Virus record (IMG/VR): IMGVR_UViG_3300032007_000001
Origin: a virus
Lineage: Duplodnaviria > Caudoviricetes
Strand: one strand, 5' to 3'
Length of the DNA stretch: 64,000 nt
Shown piece after piece: positions 8,642 to 17,480 of this stretch. The position numbers and the translations under genes were made by a program. Under the pieces are notes generated by a model that was not told where the DNA came from, searched no databases, and saw only the letters and a list, made by a program, of their open reading frames with translations. Numbering within the stretch: position 1 is the stretch's first letter; each line of letters starts with the position of its first letter.

Positions 8642-10060
8642 TTATGCTTTTTTCTTTCTTTTTGACTTTTTGAATTCTTTAATGTCTATTTCCTTATTGC
8701 CTTCGATAATACCGAATATATTCTTTTCGTACATTTCTCTTACACCGAAAACAACAATATTCTTATCTTTATATTCATTGTATAATTTGAGATATTCGTC
8801 AACAAATTCATCATCAATCAAATGTTTAATAATATCTTCATCTGTTTTGAATTTGTTTTTGTCATGTCCTAAATCAAGAATTTCTTGCAACATCTCCGGA
8901 ACAACTTCATCAGCTGAAAATTCCATGTTAATGACTTTATAGCCATTTTTAATCATTTCTTTTTGTTTTTCTACGTCTTTGCTTAATTCAACGATTTCTT
9001 TTGCTGTCTTTTCCAAATCATTCTTATCATTAACCAACATAAATGGATGTTTTAAGTTATAGTCATAATACGTTTCACCAGTTGTTCTGATAAGATGATT
9101 GTGTTTTGCCCAATCAATATCAAATACAGGAATTGCGCCGGCATTGCAATATTCCATCATTGCACATTCCCAACGGTCAGAATACTCAGATTCCTTAAGA
9201 TGGAAACCAGAAAAAGCAAACATAGAATTTGATAATTCCTTCATAGCATCGGCATGAACATATTCTTTATATACCTCTGCACAACCTTTTTCATTTGGCT
9301 GAGGACCCTTATTTGGGTCTGTCATGTCAATACAGTATGGATTATCATAAATATCATCTTTTGCTCCACGAGATTTTTCCATTCCCATTACTTTTACTTG
9401 AAAATCTGGGTCAAACTTCTTAATATATGGAGCCATATTCAAAAGTCTAGATGGGTCTTTTGTTGTTGTCCAACGACCACAGAACATAATCTTCTTGTCT
9501 GTGTGAGGATTCTCATTCCTAAATTGCTTCATTTCTTCAAAGTCAACGCAATGAGTCATGCGCAATACTCTATGTTCTGCTTTTTTACTTGGGAACATAC
9601 CCTCCATAGACCTATTAAACCAAGTATTGGGACCGTAACCATAGATAATATCCATATTATTCATAATGCCAACCAAATATGGAATCTTATCAATAAATGT
9701 TTTATGGAGTTCATACGTAAATCCAACTTTAATAGGCTTCGTTACGCCCTTAACAATCTTTTCATAAAAGTTTCTTGCATAAGAATGACTAAATTTAGCA
9801 TAAGGATAACTCCAAAACATGACAACATCTTTTTCGTTCAACTGTTTTTGAATGTCATCTAAGTCCTTTTCTTTATATCCAACATAATCAAATTTTTGAG
9901 AATTGTGACGAGACATTTTTTTGCCAACATGAGCAAAAATTTGCAAATCTATCCCATTACGTTGACACCACGTCCAAATTTCTACAGCGCATCTTGTACA
10001 TCCAACGCCATCAATAGCTCTACCAAGTACTATAGCAAATTTTGCATTCTTATAATCCAT
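8642..10060 (-). CDS. DNA alpha-glycosyltransferase, homologue of T4 alpha-glucosyltransferase (GT-B)
   Basis: Colinear matches to T4 Agt as recalled: GRAIDGVGCTR~ARGLEGCGVTK, CGRWTTTKD~IGRTTTWKG, MGMEKS~EGLERS, WECAMMEYCNAGAIPVF~LEYTHLELGACGTIPVF, DKNDLEKTAKEIVELSKD~DENDMESTFERIKELSSD. Confidence 0.85.
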   Translation of the reverse strand: MDYKNAKFAIVLGRAIDGVGCTRCAVEIWTWCQRNGIDLQIFAHVGKKMSRHNSQKFDYVGYKEKDLDDIQKQLNEKDVVMFWSYPYAKFSHSYARNFYEKIVKGVTKPIKVGFTYELHKTFIDKIPYLVGIMNNMDIIYGYGPNTWFNRSMEGMFPSKKAEHRVLRMTHCVDFEEMKQFRNENPHTDKKIMFCGRWTTTKDPSRLLNMAPYIKKFDPDFQVKVMGMEKSRGAKDDIYDNPYCIDMTDPNKGPQPNEKGCAEVYKEYVHADAMKELSNSMFAFSGFHLKESEYSDRWECAMMEYCNAGAIPVFDIDWAKHNHLIRTTGETYYDYNLKHPFMLVNDKNDLEKTAKEIVELSKDVEKQKEMIKNGYKVINMEFSADEVVPEMLQEILDLGHDKNKFKTDEDIIKHLIDDEFVDEYLKLYNEYKDKNIVVFGVREMYEKNIFGIIEGNKEIDIKEFKKSKRKKKA

Positions 10061-10123
10061 AATTTTCTCCTCTCTTAAATTAAAGATTTATTTATCATAA
10101 TCATTAAAAATGATTTTGTTTTT

Positions 10124-11104
10124 TCAATACCCATTTGGATGTTTGCTATGCCAACGCCAAGCTGTTTCTATAATATGTTCTATATTTGTATATTTGGGAT
10201 TCCATTTCAAAATATTTTTTGCTTTTTCATTAGAAGCAACCAACTCTGGCGGGTCTCCAGGACGGCGTTCTGACATTTTTATTTTTATTTCTTTGCATGT
10301 TACTTTTTGAGCAGCTAAAATAATTTCTTTTACAGAAAAACCATTCCCATTTCCAAGATTGAAAACGTTACTTTCATTTCCGTTTCTTAAATAATCCAAT
10401 GCCAAAATATGTGCATCAGCTAAATCCATGACATGAATATAATCTCTTATACAAGTTCCATCTTTTGTATTATAGTCATTTCCAAAAATATTTACATATT
10501 TCCTTTGACCGAGAGGAACTTGCAATACCAACGGAATCAAGTGCGTTTCATATTTATGGTCTTCACCAATGGACCCATCTTCAATTGCTCCAGCAGCATT
10601 AAAATATCTAAGCGAAACGTATTTGATATGATGTATTTCATCTACCCATCTCATCATTTTTTCCATTATAAGTTTTGATTCGCCATAAGGATTTATTGGA
10701 TTCGTTTCGTTTTTTTCAAAAATTGGAAGTGTTTTTGGTTCTCCGTATGTTGCACATGTTGAAGAAAATACTATTTTATCTGTTCCATGTTTTACCATTG
10801 CTTCCAACAAAACCTGCATTCCATATACATTGTTATTGAAATACTTCAACGGGTTTTTCATGCTTTCAACAACCAATGCGTCAGCAGCAAAATGTACAAC
10901 AGAATTTATCTTATTTTCAGTAAAAACCTTATCAAGAATTTCTTTATTACGAATATCTCCTTGATAGAATTTTACATTTTTAATTGCTTCTGTATGTCCA
11001 GTAGATAAATTGTCTATTACAATTACATCTGTATCTCTTTCCAATAATTGATGTACTGTATGAGAGCCAATATATCCCGCTCCTCCGCAAACCAAAACAG
11101 ACAT
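10124..11104 (-). CDS. galE: UDP-sugar 4-epimerase (GalE/Uxe family)
   Basis: GGAGYIGSH, FSST, YGESK (YxxxK), LRYFN, DGTCIRDYIHV, RRPGDP; start reset to ATG 11104 right after the uxs stop. Confidence 0.92.
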   Translation of the reverse strand: MSVLVCGGAGYIGSHTVHQLLERDTDVIVIDNLSTGHTEAIKNVKFYQGDIRNKEILDKVFTENKINSVVHFAADALVVESMKNPLKYFNNNVYGMQVLLEAMVKHGTDKIVFSSTCATYGEPKTLPIFEKNETNPINPYGESKLIMEKMMRWVDEIHHIKYVSLRYFNAAGAIEDGSIGEDHKYETHLIPLVLQVPLGQRKYVNIFGNDYNTKDGTCIRDYIHVMDLADAHILALDYLRNGNESNVFNLGNGNGFSVKEIILAAQKVTCKEIKIKMSERRPGDPPELVASNEKAKNILKWNPKYTNIEHIIETAWRWHSKHPNGY

Positions 11105-11105
11105 A

Positions 11106-12053
11106 TTACTTACCAACTTTCTTAGCAAAATATTCTATCGTTTTTATAAGACCATCATGAGAAGAAATTTTTGGTTCCCAATTCAATTTCTTTTTAGCTA
11201 AAGAAATATCTGGACAACGTTGCATTGGGTCATCCTTTGGAGATTCACAATAAACGATTTCAGATTTTGAATTTGTAAGTTCTTTAATCCACTCTGCAAG
11301 TTCTTTTACTTCATATTCTTCTTGATTACCAATATTGACTGGACCAATAAATCCATCTTCTGAATTCATCATTCTTACTATGGCTTCAATCAAATCATCT
11401 ACATAACAAATACTTCTTGTTTGATGTCCATCGCCATAAATTGTTATTGGTTTTCCAGTCAAACATTGTGTAATAAAATTTGAAATTACTCTGCCATCAT
11501 TAACATCCATATATGGACCGTATGTATTGAAAATACGAACAATTTTTACATTTGTGCCATACATTCTATTATAATTGAATATTAATGATTCTCCAACTCT
11601 TTTGCCTTCATCATAACAAGAACGTAAGCCATTGCAATTGACATTTCCCCAATAACTTTCTGGTTGTATTTTAATTCTTGGGTCTGGGTCTCCATATACT
11701 TCACTTGTACTTGTTTGTAAAAATTTAGCATTATATTTTTTTGCTAAATCAAGCATATTCATTACACCAAGAAAACATGTTTTCAAAGTAAAAACATGGT
11801 CTTTTTGATAATGAGGCGGGCTTGCCGGACATGCTAAATTATAAATTTCATCAACTTCAATATCAATAGGTTCTATGATATCATGTTGAATAAATTCAAA
11901 ACGATTATTATTCAATAAATCTTTTATATTTTCTTTTGTTCCTGTATATAGATTATCTAAACATATGATGTAATCGTCTGTTTCTCTTAATAATTTTCTG
12001 CAAAGATTTGTACCAAGAAATCCAGCACCGCCAGTTACAAGAATTCTTTTCAT
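11106..12053 (-). CDS. uxs: UDP-glucuronate decarboxylase (UDP-xylose synthase)
   Basis: LVTGGAGFLG, IYNLACPASPPHYQ, STSEVYGDP, RSCYDEGKR, RIFNTYGP, DGRVISNFI, QTRS, DDPMQRCPDI are UXS signatures. Confidence 0.93.
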   Translation of the reverse strand: MKRILVTGGAGFLGTNLCRKLLRETDDYIICLDNLYTGTKENIKDLLNNNRFEFIQHDIIEPIDIEVDEIYNLACPASPPHYQKDHVFTLKTCFLGVMNMLDLAKKYNAKFLQTSTSEVYGDPDPRIKIQPESYWGNVNCNGLRSCYDEGKRVGESLIFNYNRMYGTNVKIVRIFNTYGPYMDVNDGRVISNFITQCLTGKPITIYGDGHQTRSICYVDDLIEAIVRMMNSEDGFIGPVNIGNQEEYEVKELAEWIKELTNSKSEIVYCESPKDDPMQRCPDISLAKKKLNWEPKISSHDGLIKTIEYFAKKVGK

Positions 12054-12055
12054 GA

Positions 12056-13345
12056 TTAAGCTCCAATCTGATAGTATGTAAATCCGTTTTCTTGCATTTC
12101 TTTTTTATTATAAAGATTTCTTCCATCAAAAATAATTGGATTATTTAATAAATGTTTCATTTTCTCTTTATCTGATTTGATAAAATCGTTCCATTCTGTA
12201 AGAATGATTAAAGCATCACAACATTGTAACGCGCTATACATATCGTATGTATAAATTACGTTATCCAAATAAAAGTCAGCTGTTTTCATTGCCTGCGGGT
12301 CATAAGCAAAAATTTCTGCACCACGTTTTTGAAGTTCGTTTATAACGACAATAGACGGAGCTTCTCGCATATCATCTGTTTCTGGCTTAAATGCCAATCC
12401 CCAAACAGCAAAACGAATACCTTTCAAATCATTACCAAAATGTTTCAATACTTTCTTTACAATCAACATTTTTTGATCTTTATTTACCTCTTCAACAGCT
12501 TTTAAGATTCTTGAATTATATTTAATGTCTTTACTTGTTTTAATTAATGCTTGTACATCTTTAGGGAAGCAACTTCCACCATATCCGCAACCAGGATTTA
12601 TAAATTTGAATCCAATCCTCGAATCCATTCCCATTCCTTTACGAACATAATTTATATCTGCACCAACTCGTTCACAAATATTAGAAATTTCGTTAATAAA
12701 CGAAATCTTGGTTGCCAACATTGCGTTTGATGCATATTTTGTAAGTTCTGCACTTCTAATATCCATCAATACGAATTTTTCGTCCGGTACAAAATCATAT
12801 AATTTTCTCATAAGTTCAGATGAACTATCACATCCAACCACAACTCTATCTGGATTTAAGAAATCATCAATTGCAGAACCTTCTTTTAAGAATTCCGGAT
12901 TTGAAACAACATGAAAAGGAATTTCAACGTTTCTAGCAAAAAGTTCTCTTTTTATAATGCTCTTTACTTTATCAGCCGTTCCAACTGGAACGGTTGATTT
13001 ATCTACTACAGTAATTTCTTTTTCAATATTTTGTCCTATTTCTTTTGCAACGCCAAGAACATATTGCAAATCCGCACTTCCATCTTCGCCCATCGGAGTG
13101 CCAACAGCAATAAATGCAATATCACAATTTTTGATTTCTTTTATATTGGTTGAAAAAGAAATATGTTCTTTATTTTGTTCAATTAATTCTTTTAATCCTG
13201 GTTCATAAATTGGAATCTCACCATTTTGCAATTTCTTAATTTTTTCTTCTACAACGTCTATACATATAACGTTATTTCCTTTTGAAGCAAAACATACACC
13301 AGTAACAAGACCAACATATCCAGTTCCAATAATAGCTATTTTCAT
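12056..13345 (-). CDS. ugd: UDP-glucose 6-dehydrogenase
   Basis: IGTGYVGL, AVGTP, KSTVPVGT, SNPEFLKEG, KYASN, GYGGSCFPKD, LAFKPETDDMRE, DGRN; start reset to ATG 13345 (SD GGAG). Confidence 0.95.
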   Translation of the reverse strand: MKIAIIGTGYVGLVTGVCFASKGNNVICIDVVEEKIKKLQNGEIPIYEPGLKELIEQNKEHISFSTNIKEIKNCDIAFIAVGTPMGEDGSADLQYVLGVAKEIGQNIEKEITVVDKSTVPVGTADKVKSIIKRELFARNVEIPFHVVSNPEFLKEGSAIDDFLNPDRVVVGCDSSSELMRKLYDFVPDEKFVLMDIRSAELTKYASNAMLATKISFINEISNICERVGADINYVRKGMGMDSRIGFKFINPGCGYGGSCFPKDVQALIKTSKDIKYNSRILKAVEEVNKDQKMLIVKKVLKHFGNDLKGIRFAVWGLAFKPETDDMREAPSIVVINELQKRGAEIFAYDPQAMKTADFYLDNVIYTYDMYSALQCCDALIILTEWNDFIKSDKEKMKHLLNNPIIFDGRNLYNKKEMQENGFTYYQIGA

Positions 13346-13541
13346 TAAATCATCTCTCCAATTTTTGTTTGTATAGCTTTTCTCAATTATTCTATTTGTT
13401 TTGAAACACAATCTGATTTTTGTTTTTTGATTTTCATTAAAAGAATAAATAAATTTTTGTAAAATATCGCTATTCATATAAAATTTCTTGTATTAATTTT
13501 TCTATTTTTTTATAGAGCATATAAACTGGCGGTGTATAAAT

Positions 13542-13817
13542 TTGAAGAGATTAATTAAAGCAAACAATCAAAATAGTTTTGATGAAAACATTGACGAAAT
13601 GTCATCAAAATTATATAAACTAAAAGAAACGTACGAAGATATATCGTACGTACATGAAAGATATAAACAATATATAAAAAGTGAAATGAATAACAAAGAA
13701 GAACAATTAATTACATTAAGAAACAATATGAAACAAATGCTAAAAAGTAATGAAAAATATATTTCCGAATATGAAAATATCATTAAAAATTTTATAAATG
13801 ACTTGGAGGAAAAATAA
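13542..13817 (+). CDS. Small coiled-coil protein, MKRL-leader family
   Basis: TTG start, MKRLIKANN. Confidence 0.7.
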   Translation: MKRLIKANNQNSFDENIDEMSSKLYKLKETYEDISYVHERYKQYIKSEMNNKEEQLITLRNNMKQMLKSNEKYISEYENIIKNFINDLEEK

Positions 13818-14125
13818 TGAAACGTTTAATTAAAGCTGAATCAATGAATGATGTTAAAGTTAACGAACTTAAACAATCCGTTATACAAATAATTAATAAT
13901 TCTACATTTGATGACTTACAAGAACTTGCTAATACATTACATGAAATTTATCATGAATTTTTAGTTGATAATATGGATGATATGATAGAAGAAGAAAAAC
14001 AAGAACTTAACAAATGGATGATAAAAAAATTAAATGAATCTGCAAAAAAATTAGTATCTGCAGCTGAAAAACTTAGAGATAGCGCAAATAGTTTAGTTGA
14101 TGTTGAATTAAAGAAATCATATTAA
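13817..14125 (+). CDS. Small acidic protein, MKRL-leader family
   Basis: MKRLIKAES; TAATG overlap with previous gene; SD GGAG. Confidence 0.8.
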   Translation: MKRLIKAESMNDVKVNELKQSVIQIINNSTFDDLQELANTLHEIYHEFLVDNMDDMIEEEKQELNKWMIKKLNESAKKLVSAAEKLRDSANSLVDVELKKSY

Positions 14126-14135
14126 GAGGTTAATT

Positions 14136-14456
14136 ATGAAACACTTAAAAAAACAAGCTGGTATTGATTGGATAGACACAACAGAAATGGATAGATGTCT
14201 TGAAAAATTAGAAAGAATTTTAGATAAAGACGAAACATTCAAAAGTTCGTTTAAGGAATCCAATGACAAATTAATAAAAGAAATGTTTGCTATTGAAGAC
14301 AATTATGATAAAATCAAAGAACAAAAAGATAATTTCGATAAAGTCATTCATAATTTCAAAAAATATCTATCTCAATTAAGAACTGCCATTGAAGATTATG
14401 AAGAATCAATAGAAAACATTTTTGAAGATGCTAGAAAACATGGTGAGAATGTATGA
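14136..14456 (+). CDS. Small acidic protein, MKRL-leader family
   Basis: MKHLKKQAG; SD GAGG. Confidence 0.8.
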   Translation: MKHLKKQAGIDWIDTTEMDRCLEKLERILDKDETFKSSFKESNDKLIKEMFAIEDNYDKIKEQKDNFDKVIHNFKKYLSQLRTAIEDYEESIENIFEDARKHGENV

Positions 14457-14686
14457 AACATTTAATAAAAAAAGCAGAAGAACAATTTACAGTAACGAAA
14501 GAACAATTGGAAACATTAGATAAATTAGCCGATTGTTTAGAAAAATTGGTAGAATATTGTGAAGATGAAAAAACCGGTGATTGGTTCAATAATGAAATAT
14601 TAGCTGGAAAACTTGGACGATGTTGGGGAATGTCAATAGATGAAATGGCTGCTGAGATAAAAGGTTTTATTGACGAAAACAAATAA
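14453..14686 (+). CDS. Small acidic protein, MKRL-leader family, GDWF paralogue
   Basis: MKHLIKKAEE; C..EKTGDWFNNEIL; ATGA overlap. Confidence 0.8.
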   Translation: MKHLIKKAEEQFTVTKEQLETLDKLADCLEKLVEYCEDEKTGDWFNNEILAGKLGRCWGMSIDEMAAEIKGFIDENK

Positions 14687-14691
14687 GAGGT

Positions 14692-15510
14692 ATGAAAATG
14701 AATTTAATTAAGAATAGACTTATAAAAATGGCTGGCGACAAACCATTTAGTGTTAAGTACAAAGACCATAGACCTGAAAATGAAAATGTTAGAGAAGAAG
14801 CATTAATTAAATATGACGTTTTATTCAATGTTAATGCAAAATTGGCCGGTGGAGCAACAGCTGATTTCTCACTTCCAGAAATGAAAGATACAGCCATTCA
14901 ATTGAGAAACGTTATGTGTGCTCAAATTAATGAAATGAATGGAGTGTCTTTCCAAGATAATATCGTAGATACTGTAACTGGAGTTATTGTACAAAACATT
15001 TCTGATAATTACTTAAAAATGTTAGAAGGATATGAAGGTAAAAAAACAACTTCTATATTTAAGCGCACAACAGCTAAATTATCTGGTGTAAGAGATGATT
15101 CTATTTTTAATAACCAATTCAAAGTTCATTTTGAAATAGAATTAGCTACTGGTAACATCACAAAAGATATTGCAGAAAATATCAAAAAAGCATATGAAAC
15201 AAGTAAAAATCATTGTTCACAACAAATTTGCAAGAGACTAAGTGATTTATATAGATGGGAAAAGACAAATAGCAGAGGACTTGAAGAAGTAGAAAGCGTC
15301 AGTATTAAATATCAATCTTTCTTAAATTACGATTTCAAGGAATCTATAGAAGAAAAACCTAAAGAAATGTCAGAAGATGAAAAATTTGAAGAAGTTGATA
15401 GACTTATTAAAAATTATTCAATAATGACAAATGCACCATGTCCAAAAACAGTTAAAAAAGAAATATGTTTAGAACATGGTGTTGACCCAGTATGGTTTAA
15501 TGCAGCATAA
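14692..15510 (+). CDS. Hypothetical protein with leader variant
   Basis: 272 aa; N-terminus MNLIKNRLIKMAG; SD GAGG. Confidence 0.8.
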   Translation: MKMNLIKNRLIKMAGDKPFSVKYKDHRPENENVREEALIKYDVLFNVNAKLAGGATADFSLPEMKDTAIQLRNVMCAQINEMNGVSFQDNIVDTVTGVIVQNISDNYLKMLEGYEGKKTTSIFKRTTAKLSGVRDDSIFNNQFKVHFEIELATGNITKDIAENIKKAYETSKNHCSQQICKRLSDLYRWEKTNSRGLEEVESVSIKYQSFLNYDFKESIEEKPKEMSEDEKFEEVDRLIKNYSIMTNAPCPKTVKKEICLEHGVDPVWFNAA

Positions 15511-15540
15511 CAAAAGGAGAGTTTTTACTCTCCTTTTGTT
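15509..15540. terminator. Bidirectional terminator closing two convergent leader-family operons
   Basis: AACAAAAGGAGAGT-TTTT-ACTCTCCTTTTGTT. Confidence 0.8.
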
Positions 15541-15550
15541 ATTAGATGTT

Positions 15551-16147
15551 TTATTTTTTATTATATAAATCATATTTGATTACATCTAATGAATTATAAA
15601 TTTCGTGAACTGCTTTAATCATTTCCATACGTCTATCGCGACGTTCTGGTGTATCTTGTGGAAGCATTTTTAAGCTTTTCTCAAATTCTTCTGTTTTACT
15701 ATCTAATTCATTAAAAATTTGCATTACTTTCAATAAAGTATCGTCGTTGTTTGCTTTTTTAACAATTTTTTTTCTTTTCTTTATTCTTGCTGTTTGATAA
15801 TTATAATTATCACCAAGATTTTCTGTATAGGCCTGTTCCAATTTATTGATTAATGTTTCACCAAAATGAGATAATGTATATAAAACAACGTCATCTTTTG
15901 TCATTTTATTTGTTTTAGCTATATTATCAACTGTCTGTTCTTCATATAATTCTTCATATGCAACGTTATATGCTTCTGAATTAATTTCTTCAGCTGAATT
16001 ATCAAATGGATTCATTTCTTTTACAAGAGAAGATACCTTGTTATAAAGAGATTCAATACAATTCTTTAAGATTGCCGATATATCATCTCTAAATTTTAAA
16101 AAATTTGCTTTTTTAATTTTTATTTTTCTTTTTCCTAATCTTTTCAT
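15551..16147 (-). CDS. Two-module protein with N-terminal and internal KKA leaders
   Basis: MKRLGKRKIKIKKANF...RIKKRKKIVKKANND; start reset to ATG 16147 (SD GAGG). Confidence 0.75.
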   Translation of the reverse strand: MKRLGKRKIKIKKANFLKFRDDISAILKNCIESLYNKVSSLVKEMNPFDNSAEEINSEAYNVAYEELYEEQTVDNIAKTNKMTKDDVVLYTLSHFGETLINKLEQAYTENLGDNYNYQTARIKKRKKIVKKANNDDTLLKVMQIFNELDSKTEEFEKSLKMLPQDTPERRDRRMEMIKAVHEIYNSLDVIKYDLYNKK

Positions 16148-16160
16148 TGATTTTACCTCA

Positions 16161-16388
16161 TTATGAATCTGCTTTTTTATCAATTTCTTCTAACAAAGAA
16201 TTTTTGATTTTTGTTATTTCATCTAACATATCATCAAGTTTTTTGCAAATAGATTCTCTATCTTCTGAATCAGAATATGCAATCGCTCTAAATTCTCCAA
16301 GAGCACCAGCTATATTTACGTATTCTTTTCTTATTATAGATTTATTTCTATTTGGATTCCAAACAGCTTCTTTTTGTAATCTCTTCAT
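16161..16388 (-). CDS. Small protein, MKRL-leader family
   Basis: MKRLQKEAV; start reset to 16388 (SD GGTG). Confidence 0.75.
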   Translation of the reverse strand: MKRLQKEAVWNPNRNKSIIRKEYVNIAGALGEFRAIAYSDSEDRESICKKLDDMLDEITKIKNSLLEEIDKKADS

Positions 16389-16404
16389 TATAATCACCAT
16401 AAAT

Positions 16405-16650
16405 TTATTCAATTAAATCGTTAATTTGAACAACCATAAGGTCCAAATCTCTTGAAATATCAAGTTGTTTTTCTAAAATTTCATGTTTGAACCAATCGCC
16501 CCAAATCAAATCATCGCATTCTTGTGATACCTTGTCCAAAGCTTTACAAAGACTTTCCAATGCTTTTACTTGACTACTTGACATTCCGTATAATTGGTCT
16601 TTGTTAGGAACAAATTCACCTGGTGTATCAGCAACTTTCAATCGTTTCAT
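16405..16650 (-). CDS. Small acidic protein, MKRL-leader family, GDWF paralogue
   Basis: MKRLKVAD; ECDDLIWGDWFKHEIL; SD GGAGG. Confidence 0.8.
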   Translation of the reverse strand: MKRLKVADTPGEFVPNKDQLYGMSSSQVKALESLCKALDKVSQECDDLIWGDWFKHEILEKQLDISRDLDLMVVQINDLIE

Positions 16651-16656
16651 ATCAAA

Positions 16657-16860
16657 TTATGCCTCCAATATATTTTTGGACACTTCTTTTAACGATTTTT
16701 TAATTTCATTAATTTTATCCATATTTTCTTTATCTTCAACAAATTGAGAAATTTGATTAATTGCGTCAATTGCTTTATTATATGATTCTTTTGTAATTCT
16801 TTCTATATCGTCTTGAGTAAAAAAATCTTTTAACCCAGCTTTTTTATTTAAGTGTTTCAT
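16657..16860 (-). CDS. Small protein, MKRL-leader family
   Basis: MKHLNKKAG; SD GGAGG. Confidence 0.75.
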   Translation of the reverse strand: MKHLNKKAGLKDFFTQDDIERITKESYNKAIDAINQISQFVEDKENMDKINEIKKSLKEVSKNILEA

Positions 16861-17075
16861 GAAATGTTCTCCTCCAAAACTTCGTTTATATCGTTTATAA
16901 TGTTATCCAATGGTCTTGAAATTTTAAGTTTTTTTGTAAGAACTTCATCCTTAAACCAATCACCATTTTTCGTATAACATTCATAATCAACTTCTTGCAA
17001 TACGTTGCGTAAATTAACTAATGTATCAAATTGACTATCGCTCAATTCATAATTATTTGCAATCAAACGTTTCAT
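16857..17075 (-). CDS. Small acidic protein, MKRL-leader family, GDWF paralogue
   Basis: MKRLIANN; ECYTKNGDWFKDEVL; start reset to 17075. Confidence 0.75.
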   Translation of the reverse strand: MKRLIANNYELSDSQFDTLVNLRNVLQEVDYECYTKNGDWFKDEVLTKKLKISRPLDNIINDINEVLEENIS

Positions 17076-17086
17076 TATTATTCTCA

Positions 17087-17422
17087 TTATTCTATCCAAC
17101 AACGTATATGTAAATTGTTTGAACGTCGTTGAGCCATAGTATTCATTACATCTTCATTAAAAACAAAAATCTTAGCCATTGCTCTCCAATGGTCATATTC
17201 TTCTTTTATGATTTCATTCTTACAATCTTTTTTCAGATAAAAAGTATCTCCTTCTTGATATCCTGAACCCTCATGCACCTTGACTAAAGGACCATCATCC
17301 AATTTATAATATATTTCATCATTTATAGTTTTTGTTGGCATTCCAGATACTTTTTTATCCTTATGATTCCAAAATACTGTACATTTATTTGTAAGAGTAA
17401 ATGGTAAATGAGACAAAGACAT
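17087..17422 (-). CDS. Hypothetical protein
   Basis: 111 aa, SD AAGGAGG. Confidence 0.7.
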   Translation of the reverse strand: MSLSHLPFTLTNKCTVFWNHKDKKVSGMPTKTINDEIYYKLDDGPLVKVHEGSGYQEGDTFYLKKDCKNEIIKEEYDHWRAMAKIFVFNEDVMNTMAQRRSNNLHIRCWIE

Positions 17423-17480
17423 GCTTCTACCTCCTTATACGCTTTTCTAAAACAAAATAAGGAAATGGAAGCACGTTATC

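Noticed and set aside
10124-13345. Bacterial capsule/LPS locus (window being host chromosome)
   Set aside because: No flippase, polymerase or export genes; flanked by a DNA-glycosyltransferase homologue and phage ORFans; sheath and tube genes are in the same window
13345-13477. N-terminal extensions given by the ORF track for ugd (also galE, NADAR and others)
   Set aside because: Family-typical N-termini and SD sites point to downstream ATGs
13542-17075. MKRL leaders as Sec/lipoprotein signal peptides
   Set aside because: No hydrophobic h-region or lipobox follows the basic residues
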